IMG/VR virus record: IMGVR_UViG_3300023174_000074
Coordinates: 32,001-96,000 of that record
From: a virus
Length of the DNA: 64,000 bases
Direction: 5' to 3' (one strand)
The position numbers and the translations under genes were made by a program. Of this stretch, positions 57,249 through 64,000 are shown one piece after another; within the stretch, counting starts at the first letter, position 1; each line of letters starts with the position of its first letter. The notes beneath the pieces are model-generated. The model ran no database searches. It saw only the letters and a program-made list of their open reading frames with translations, and had not been told where the DNA came from.

Positions 57249-57375
57249 TAACGTTTTGCAGCTATGCCCAGTTGGGCAATTTTAAAGACAAAATAATCAA
57301 CTTAAAATAAAGTAAATATGGAACACGAAAATATTAACAAACAAGAAGATGCCCAATTGGGTATAGGTGGTGTTA
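57249..57375 (-). repeat. attC-like site 9
   Basis: TAAC-GTTTTG-CAGCTATGCCCAGTTGGGCA...TGCCCAATTGGGTATAGGTG-GT-GTTA. Confidence 0.85.
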
Positions 57376-57530
57376 GCATCAGTGCCTTAACGGAATGGCT
57401 TAAAAGCGAATCTGTTTATACAGCATTGAGGTACGCATCAAAGAACCCATCAAATAGCGGTATGGATAATTGTGAAGATAAAAGTTATTTACATCTATAC
57501 AATTTAATTTGTCAGATTCGTAGGCATTGA
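57318..57530 (+). CDS. cassette 9 hypothetical protein
   Basis: starts in loop (QLGIGGVS). Confidence 0.65.
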   Translation: MEHENINKQEDAQLGIGGVSISALTEWLKSESVYTALRYASKNPSNSGMDNCEDKSYLHLYNLICQIRRH

Positions 57531-57533
57531 TGC

Positions 57534-57613
57534 TAACGGTTGCGGATATGAGAAGGGAAAAAATACCAATGAAAAATAAACAAGAATTTTTTACTTTCTT
57601 ATATCCGTTGTTA
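57534..57613 (-). repeat. attC-like site 10
   Basis: TAAC-GGTTG-CGGATATGAGAAGG...CTTTCTTATATCCG-TT-GTTA. Confidence 0.85.
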
Positions 57614-57679
57614 TCGGTCTGGTTTGGTTTCAATTTTTGTGCTGAGGGTTTAGAATTTCATCATTAAATAAATATACAA

Positions 57680-57943
57680 ATGGAAAACAATAATTGCATA
57701 GTAGAGAAAAAATTTCTGTTCTGGAAATGGAAAGCGGTGGAGCATCATTACAAGATGCACCGAATAAGTAAATTCATGGATTGCTCAACATCATTCCATG
57801 TTGATTGGGTATGTAAGTGCGGGGCAAGGTGGGAACAGAAATTTGTTGAACAGGACGAATTATTGTTGAAAGGAATATCAACTGAAATTCTAAATAAGAT
57901 TGACGGTTGGCATTCGCACTACTGCGGGAAGGAAAAAAATTGA
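57680..57943 (+). CDS. cassette 10 hypothetical protein
   Basis: ORF within complementary cassette ends. Confidence 0.65.
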   Translation: MENNNCIVEKKFLFWKWKAVEHHYKMHRISKFMDCSTSFHVDWVCKCGARWEQKFVEQDELLLKGISTEILNKIDGWHSHYCGKEKN

Positions 57944-57958
57944 AACCAAACTTGCCGA

Positions 57959-58084
57959 TAACGTTCCAAGTATTGCCGATGGTGGGGCATTACACCACCA
58001 AAGTTCAATTAACAAACTAAAGTTCAAAATATGCACACAGATTCAAAAAAGCACGAAACCCCCACTATTGGCAATACTTTGTTA
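57959..58084 (-). repeat. attC-like site 11
   Basis: TAAC-GTTCC-AAGTATTGCCGATGGTGGGG...CCCCACTATTGGCAATACTT-T-GTTA. Confidence 0.85.
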
Positions 58085-58321
58085 TATGCTGTTAAAAATG
58101 GGCAGTTGAAAAGGTGGTTTTACGAGTTTAAACACGGACACCCATTTCTACTTGACGAAGAAGCTACTATAATTGTTTCTACAAGATTAAGTGATAAAAG
58201 TGCTTCTTGGATGAATGATGAACAGATTAAAGAACTCGTAAAACTTAGAGTGAAAGCAATGTATAAAAAGAAATTTCCAAATGCAAAACGGTGGTCGTTG
58301 CCCATTTTTAATTGCATATAA
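58031..58321 (+). CDS. cassette 11 hypothetical protein
   Basis: starts in loop, stops at TAAC. Confidence 0.65.
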   Translation: MHTDSKKHETPTIGNTLLYAVKNGQLKRWFYEFKHGHPFLLDEEATIIVSTRLSDKSASWMNDEQIKELVKLRVKAMYKKKFPNAKRWSLPIFNCI

Positions 58322-58445
58322 CGGTTGAGGATTTATTTAGTTGCGAATAAAAAATTACAAAATATGATAACAGAAGAACAGTTGAAAAAAGCAGAAAAAG
58401 TTATTGCTGACTACAAAGCCGAGCAATTGAATAAATCCTATGTTA
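58319..58445 (-). repeat. attC-like site 12
   Basis: TAAC-GGTTG-AGGATTTATTTAGTTGC...GCAATTGAATAAATCCT-AT-GTTA. Confidence 0.85.
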
Positions 58446-58600
58446 TAAAATCGTTTCCGAGCGATGATGAAATACATAAGGAATCGTTGAGGGTGTGCAG
58501 GATAGAGGCAGAGTTTGTGCAAGGGGTAGCGTGGTGCTATCACGATAAAGGAGCAAAATGGATGATGGAAGAACTAAAGAAGCGAGGAAATGTTTTATAA
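58364..58600 (+). CDS. cassette 12 hypothetical protein
   Basis: starts in loop, stops at TAAC. Confidence 0.65.
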   Translation: MITEEQLKKAEKVIADYKAEQLNKSYVIKSFPSDDEIHKESLRVCRIEAEFVQGVAWCYHDKGAKWMMEELKKRGNVL

Positions 58601-58686
58601 CGGTTTTGGTGTATGAGAAGGTTTGCTTAGATAAATTTTCAAATTACAACTGAACTTAACAGCAAACTTTCTTATACACCTTGTTA
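58598..58686 (-). repeat. attC-like site 13
   Basis: TAAC-GGTTTT-GGTGTATGAGAAGGTTTGCT...AGCAAACTTTCTTATACACC-TT-GTTA. Confidence 0.85.
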
Positions 58687-58750
58687 TACACAGTGCGGTT
58701 TATTTGGTAGAAACTTTAATTAAAAAACAAATATAAAAAAATTAAAAATT

Positions 58751-59128
58751 ATGAAAAATTATTTATTGACAGATTTTAATACTGAAAGATGGAAAGGTAT
58801 TAATATAGAAAGTGCAGAAACACAAGTAGAAAAATTGAATGAAAAAATTAATAAAATTGGATGTTTATTTGGTGAAATAGGGAATCCAGAAACATTTGAG
58901 ATTTCGTTATCAAGAGCATCACATTCAATTAAAAATTTAACTTTTGTAGATGGTAAAGTTTATGGTGATGTTGAATTTTTGAATAATGATAACGGAAAAC
59001 AAGCAGACAATTTTATTAATAATATGAATTGTATATTTGGAATAAGAAGCACAGGAACATCAGAACAATATAAAGATGGTGAAATAGTTATCCATTCAAT
59101 TTTTACTTGGGATGTAATCAATGACTAA
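58751..59128 (+). CDS. cassette 13: T4 gp21-like prohead protease homolog, catalytic motifs altered
   Basis: FGEIGNP...LSRASHSI...G.VEFLN...GK...FGIRSTG. Confidence 0.6.
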   Translation: MKNYLLTDFNTERWKGINIESAETQVEKLNEKINKIGCLFGEIGNPETFEISLSRASHSIKNLTFVDGKVYGDVEFLNNDNGKQADNFINNMNCIFGIRSTGTSEQYKDGEIVIHSIFTWDVIND

Positions 59129-59174
59129 TAATTTTTAATTTTTATTAGATGAACTTGATTAGAAGTAGAAATGT

Positions 59175-59205
59175 AGCATTGTGTATAACTATTATATATA
59201 AGTAA
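59175..59205 (-). other. putative attI-like site (crossover core TAAC 59186-59189)
   Basis: last cassette end GCATTGTGTATAAC not followed by a hairpin, 16 bp before integrase. Confidence 0.6.
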
Positions 59206-60036
59206 GTGTACCATAAACCATTTAATATCAACACTTTGAATCAAAAAATTATAAAGATTTGTGAGGAAAAGTTTATATATTTAAACTACTCACCAAGAAC
59301 AAAAGACAATTATATGTGTCATATTAAAGATTTTCTTAATACTCTTAATGACAAACAGATAATTCATTGTAGTTCCAAAGATTTTCAATCATATCTAGAT
59401 AATTATCAATTCACCTCTGTTTCTCAACAAAACCAGGTTATTAACGCTATTAGATTTCTGTATAAGTACGGACTTGATAAGAAATACGATAAGGTATCGT
59501 TTAAAAGACCAAAATCGGAAAAGAAGCTACCCAGAGTTATTGATGGTGAATTTATAAAAGAAAAACTAAACAAGATTGGTAATCTGAAACACAAAGCAAT
59601 CTTAACACTAACCTATTCAGTTGGATTAAGGGTGTCTGAAATAGTTAATCTAAAGATTGAAGATATTGACTCAAAAAGGATGCTTATACACATCAAAAAC
59701 GCAAAAGGCAGAAAGGATAGGATAGTTCCGCTGTCATTAACTGTTTTAACTTTGCTAAGAGAATATTTTAAAGAGTATAAACCTTCAGATTATCTTTTTA
59801 ATGGGCAAAATTCTTCATTGTATTCAATACGAAGCTGTCAGCAAATTTATAAAAAATACATTGATGACGGGTCATCAATACATACACTAAGGCATTCCTC
59901 TTTCACCAACCTATTAGAATCAGGAACTGATCTAAGGATTATTCAAAAAATAGCAGGTCATTCCAGCTCTAAAACAACAGAAATTTACACACACGTCTCA
60001 AATAGTCTTTTAAGTAGGATAAAACTTCCAATTTAA
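59206..60036 (+). CDS. tyrosine recombinase/integrase (IntI-related, no IntI-specific insertion)
   Basis: YSPRTKDNY SAM-like N-terminus; GLRVSE, KGRKDR, HTLRHS, AGH, TTEIYTH. Confidence 0.92.
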   Translation: MYHKPFNINTLNQKIIKICEEKFIYLNYSPRTKDNYMCHIKDFLNTLNDKQIIHCSSKDFQSYLDNYQFTSVSQQNQVINAIRFLYKYGLDKKYDKVSFKRPKSEKKLPRVIDGEFIKEKLNKIGNLKHKAILTLTYSVGLRVSEIVNLKIEDIDSKRMLIHIKNAKGRKDRIVPLSLTVLTLLREYFKEYKPSDYLFNGQNSSLYSIRSCQQIYKKYIDDGSSIHTLRHSSFTNLLESGTDLRIIQKIAGHSSSKTTEIYTHVSNSLLSRIKLPI

Positions 60037-60068
60037 TTTTTTTACCCCGAAAATTTTACTTAGCATTG
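60036..60068 (+). promoter_or_regulatory. putative early promoter Tn-CCG-N11-TAGCATTG
   Basis: variant of conserved motif. Confidence 0.55.
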
Positions 60069-60093
60069 CGGTAGAACAATTAAAATACCAACT

Positions 60094-60561
60094 ATGCTAG
60101 TAGATGTATCAAAAGGAGAAGAAGAAGTTCTTTCCGTAATCAGAGGAGGTAAAAAATATAACGGGGGAAGCTTTGAAACCCTTTATATAGAACTTTCAGC
60201 AGAAACAAGATCTCTTGTAGAAGCAGCAAAGATCTACATTCTCGACAATTACGAGAAGGTGAAGGATTATAAGACTCTACATCTTATGCTGAGATGCGCC
60301 AATCACGGGGGAACACAATATTTCGGAACGAAGAGCAGGAGAGCTAAAAGCCGTTCTGAAATATTCAACAAGATAATAAATGAGCTCAACGAAAAACAGA
60401 TTGAAATTAAAAAGTTTGATGCAGCTGTTTATGATTGGACAGATGGGGATTTCTCCGTTGTGTTTAACGGGGAAAGTTACAACTGGATTGATAGCAATTC
60501 TATTATTGATATTGCAGCACACATAGAAAGAAAACTTGACAATGGTAATAAGATTTTATAA
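60094..60561 (+). CDS. hypothetical protein
   Basis: ORF. Confidence 0.6.
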   Translation: MLVDVSKGEEEVLSVIRGGKKYNGGSFETLYIELSAETRSLVEAAKIYILDNYEKVKDYKTLHLMLRCANHGGTQYFGTKSRRAKSRSEIFNKIINELNEKQIEIKKFDAAVYDWTDGDFSVVFNGESYNWIDSNSIIDIAAHIERKLDNGNKIL

Positions 60562-60886
60562 AGGCGAAGATCGAAGATGGTATGCTGATCTTCCGGAGTA
60601 TATTGCTCAAGGAGGAACAGAGGAGGAGTGCGAGATGGTAGCAGGAGCTGATGATTGGCTGGATTTCATTTCAGAAAACAGAGAAGCTGTTACATTAGCT
60701 TTATCGGATCAGGATTCGCTAACAGAGAAAATAGTTCTATACGAGAGTGACGAATCCGGAGCTACTTACATAGCTCACACTTTCAAGGGGGAAGATATTA
60801 ACCAAATACTTTGGCTTTGCTCAGTTACAGTTTTTGTATTTGGTCATTACCCAAAAGAAATATATTATCGCGTAATAAGAGAATGA
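60536..60886 (+). CDS. DUF6717-like protein
   Basis: WYADLP, MVAGADDWLD, WLC.V..VFG.YP..IY. Confidence 0.65.
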   Translation: MTMVIRFYKGEDRRWYADLPEYIAQGGTEEECEMVAGADDWLDFISENREAVTLALSDQDSLTEKIVLYESDESGATYIAHTFKGEDINQILWLCSVTVFVFGHYPKEIYYRVIRE

Positions 60887-62022
60887 AATACGATTTAAAC
60901 ACATTAAATGACTATATTGAGCGTGGACTTCTGATCAAGAATTCTCACCCAACTCTGCCTATAGACATCTATAACTATTCTAGAGATTGCCAATTTTCGC
61001 AATTGTGGGATGAAATCACGTTAAATATGAGGGGTACGGTTTTAGATCGTGAGGGTAACATTGTGGCTAGATCTTTTCCTAAGTTCTTCAACATGGAAGA
61101 GCATAAGCCGGAGGAAATTCCAAATGAGGAGTTTGAAGTGTTCGAAAAAATGGACGGATCATTAGTAATTCTTTTCCACTATGAGAGCGAATGGCATTTG
61201 GCTACCAGAGGATCTTTCGTTTCTGAGCAGGCAATAAGGGGTAAAGAAATCCTAAAAAAATACAGATATGAGAGACTGATCCCAGGATTTACCTATCTGT
61301 TCGAGATCATCTATCCCGAAAACAGGATCGTGTGCAACTATGACTATGAGGACTTAATACTTCTTGGGGTAATTGATAACAAAGATGGTTATGAACTTAG
61401 AATCCACCATAATAGCATACATTTAGAGGGTATTAGATTTGTTAATATGTACAACAATCTAGGATTTAAGATTGTTAAAAAATACGATGGTGTTCAGGAT
61501 TACAAGCAACTGAAATCTATTATCGAGAATAATGCAGAAGGATTTGTAATCAAATTCAAATCTGGATTCAGAATGAAGATTAAAGGGGAGGAGTACGTCA
61601 GGTTACATAGGTTGATAACAAACTTCTCAAACGTTGATATCTGGGAGCTGTTAAAAGACGGAAAGAATGTCGACGAGTTTCTAGATAGAGTTCCTGATGA
61701 ATTTGATAAATGGGTTAAGAGAACGATTCGTGATTTAAAGTACAGTAAATACGCAATTGGTGAGAGAGCAGGTAAGGTCCACGATTACTTTAGATATGGT
61801 AAATACAGTGACCGCGAAACAGAGCCTACTAAAAAAGAGTTTGCCGAGCATCTAGAATTTTGTAAGGTTGAGCCAAGCATAAGATCTATATGTTTTGCAA
61901 TGTGGGATAGAAAGGACTATGATCACATTATATGGAAAATGCTAAAGCCAAAATATCAAAAACCTTTCTGGAATAAGGAAGAAGAAATTCCAACAGATTC
62001 AAAATGGATTAAAAAAGATTAA
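60883..62022 (+). CDS. T4 Rnl1-family RNA ligase
   Basis: KFFN, EKMDGS, ATRGSF, FEIIYPENRIV, EGFVI, KIKGEEY. Confidence 0.9.
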   Translation: MKYDLNTLNDYIERGLLIKNSHPTLPIDIYNYSRDCQFSQLWDEITLNMRGTVLDREGNIVARSFPKFFNMEEHKPEEIPNEEFEVFEKMDGSLVILFHYESEWHLATRGSFVSEQAIRGKEILKKYRYERLIPGFTYLFEIIYPENRIVCNYDYEDLILLGVIDNKDGYELRIHHNSIHLEGIRFVNMYNNLGFKIVKKYDGVQDYKQLKSIIENNAEGFVIKFKSGFRMKIKGEEYVRLHRLITNFSNVDIWELLKDGKNVDEFLDRVPDEFDKWVKRTIRDLKYSKYAIGERAGKVHDYFRYGKYSDRETEPTKKEFAEHLEFCKVEPSIRSICFAMWDRKDYDHIIWKMLKPKYQKPFWNKEEEIPTDSKWIKKD

Positions 62023-62025
62023 GAA

Positions 62026-62667
62026 ATGAAAATAGTATTAGAAAAAAATCAGAACATATTTTTCACCTCTGATTCGCATGCGTTCCACAGAAATATCTGT
62101 AGTGCTACCAGTGAATGGCCGGAGGGTAGGGGAACTAGGAAATTCCATTCGTTAAATGAAATGAATGATCGACTAGTTTACGAGATAAACGCAGTGGTTG
62201 GCCCTGATGATATACTAGTTCATCTTGGTGACTGGAGCTTTGGTGGATTCGAATCAATTGGTGAATTTAGGAAGAGAATAGCTTGCAAGAACATCATACT
62301 CTTCTTAGGAAACCACGATCACCACATACTAAACGACAAGGGGGGAGTAAGAAGTTACTTCAAACATGTTTCAAGCTATGATATTTTGGATATCAGAAGA
62401 CCTGTAGGTGATAAAACCGAAAAACATCAATTTGTATGCTGTCACTTTCCAATAGCAAGTTGGGATGGTATGAATAAGAGGATTCCACATCTACATGGGC
62501 ACTTACATTTACCACCTAATCTAAAAATTCACGAAGGCCAAGCAATGGATGTTGGCGTAGACGGAAACAATTTTAAACCATACAGCTTAAACGAGATATC
62601 GAAGATCATGAAGGGAAGACCTGTTAAACATCTGGTTCTACCTAAAGATCATCACACAGAAGAATAA
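62026..62667 (+). CDS. metallophosphoesterase
   Basis: TSDSH, HLGD, GNHD, HGHLH, DVGVD. Confidence 0.88.
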   Translation: MKIVLEKNQNIFFTSDSHAFHRNICSATSEWPEGRGTRKFHSLNEMNDRLVYEINAVVGPDDILVHLGDWSFGGFESIGEFRKRIACKNIILFLGNHDHHILNDKGGVRSYFKHVSSYDILDIRRPVGDKTEKHQFVCCHFPIASWDGMNKRIPHLHGHLHLPPNLKIHEGQAMDVGVDGNNFKPYSLNEISKIMKGRPVKHLVLPKDHHTEE

Positions 62668-62854
62668 AAAAAATATAAAAAATGGTAACACAAGAAATTT
62701 TAGACACATTCGTATTCTCCACAATAGGCGGAGAAAAATTTGGGGTTAATGATCCTATCACTCATGATGAGATTATAGGATACTATCCAACAAAAGAAGA
62801 AGCTGAAAAAGCTTTCGTTGAGTATGTAGAAAAAGAAGGAATAATTTTTGAATA

Positions 62855-63304
62855 ATGGAAAACGTAAGAAGCGAAGAATATCACACACTGAACCCAACCC
62901 TATTTCTTGTGAGAGGAATTTCAGGTTCAGGAAAATCCACATTTGCAAAGCATATCTGGAATGATTACGCTATTTGCGAAGCTGATAAGTTTTTTCACAA
63001 CAAAGAAACTGGTGAATATAACTTTGACGCATCAAGATTAAAGGAAGCACATGAATGGTGTAGAAACGAGGTTGAGACACGAATGAGTGATCATCAGACA
63101 AATCCTCAATATTATCCAGAGATTGTGGTGTCAAATACATTCACGCAAGAATGGGAAATGCAGGCTTATATCGATCTTGCTAAGAAGTATGGCTACCAGG
63201 TCACAACATTAATCATAGAGAACCGACACGGTAACTCAAATGTTCACAACGTTCCCACGGAAACGTTGGATCGGATGAGACAAAGATTCGAGGTAAAACT
63301 TTAA
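62855..63304 (+). CDS. P-loop polynucleotide kinase-like protein (AAA_33)
   Basis: RGISGSGKST, EAD, VSNTF, HNVP. Confidence 0.85.
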   Translation: MENVRSEEYHTLNPTLFLVRGISGSGKSTFAKHIWNDYAICEADKFFHNKETGEYNFDASRLKEAHEWCRNEVETRMSDHQTNPQYYPEIVVSNTFTQEWEMQAYIDLAKKYGYQVTTLIIENRHGNSNVHNVPTETLDRMRQRFEVKL

Positions 63305-63307
63305 TAA

Positions 63308-63748
63308 ATGAAAACAAAAACATACAATTTATTCTTGGACGACGTAAGAAACCCAAAAGACTGCTGTCAGTATATGCCAAACGCAAAATTCTATTTCGAT
63401 AACGAATTTGTTATAGTTAGAAATTATGATGAGTTTGTTAATTTTATAAGAAAAAATGGTTTGCCCAACATCATATCTTTCGATCATGATTTGGCTCATG
63501 AACATTATTCTTCGGACATGTATGCTAGTACTGAGGTCTACAACAAGAACTACGAAACATTCCAGGAAAAAACTGGAATGGACTGCGCTAAATGGTTAGT
63601 TGATCTCTGTATGGACACAAAACAGGATCTTCCTGATTACATAGTTCACTCAATGAATCCAGCAGGCGGAAAAAATATCTTTATGTATTTGGATAATTAT
63701 CGAAAATTCCAGGAGCAAGAGGAGTATAATAGACATCACGGAGAATAA
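63308..63748 (+). CDS. cyclic-phosphate processing receiver-domain protein
   Basis: LFLDDVR, ISFDHDL, TGMDCAKWL, VHSMNPAG. Confidence 0.8.
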   Translation: MKTKTYNLFLDDVRNPKDCCQYMPNAKFYFDNEFVIVRNYDEFVNFIRKNGLPNIISFDHDLAHEHYSSDMYASTEVYNKNYETFQEKTGMDCAKWLVDLCMDTKQDLPDYIVHSMNPAGGKNIFMYLDNYRKFQEQEEYNRHHGE

Positions 63749-63751
63749 GAA

Positions 63752-63955
63752 ATGGGGAATACTGTAATACACGAGGAGCTTAACGATAAGCAACAAAAGA
63801 TGTATGATGAGTGGATCTCACACATCAAAGCTATCTATGGGGAATATGGATGCTTCACTTGGAAGATCTCACCAACAGGAATAGGTAGCGGAATTTCTGT
63901 TTATAGTCATCACACTAAAACTGAATTAGATTTAACCGATGTTGATAGCTGGTAA
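63752..63955 (+). CDS. hypothetical phage protein
   Basis: PTGIG...LDLTDVDSW. Confidence 0.65.
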   Translation: MGNTVIHEELNDKQQKMYDEWISHIKAIYGEYGCFTWKISPTGIGSGISVYSHHTKTELDLTDVDSW

Positions 63956-64000
63956 GGATTTATGCGATTGTGGAGAAATCGCAGTGTGGTGCTACCTTCC

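Larger units (their letters stand above)
53581..60036. mobile_element. integron-like element: 13-cassette array + attI-like site + tyrosine recombinase
   Basis: 13 TAAC...GTTA hairpins, cassette-specific complementary ends, adjacent integrase. Confidence 0.88.

Noticed and set aside
53581-59189. CRISPR array interpretation of the recurring TAACGGTT motifs
   Set aside because: Units are not identical direct repeats, intervals are 250-1250 bp and contain genes, and no cas genes are present.
53581-59189. Hairpins as simple terminators, or a shufflon of invertible segments
   Set aside because: No U-tracts follow the stems, many contain start codons, and all 13 ORFs share one orientation.
63963-64000. 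Possible tRNA start at window end
   Set aside because: Only a short hairpin (TGCGATT/AATCGCA) is visible before the window ends, which is not enough evidence.

Overview
AT-rich, gene-dense, mostly + strand segment of a large (jumbo-type) bacteriophage genome. The host is probably Bacteroidota, judging from TAnnTTTG promoters and a tmRNA tag starting with Gly. It carries a tmRNA, nucleotide, RNA-repair, glycosylation and cell-wall enzymes, five free-standing homing endonucleases (one splitting thyA), an IS607/TnpB remnant and many putative virion proteins that share an N-terminal motif. The main finding is an integron-like system at 53581-60036. Thirteen gene cassettes are each delimited by an attC-like TAAC...GTTA hairpin and have cassette-specific complementary ends. 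The array ends at an attI-like site next to a tyrosine recombinase that lacks the IntI-specific insertion. The cassette ORFs run opposite to the canonical integron direction and often start inside the hairpin loop. A second, orphan pair of the same sites lies at 24873-25304. All calls come from reading motifs by eye; no searches were run.
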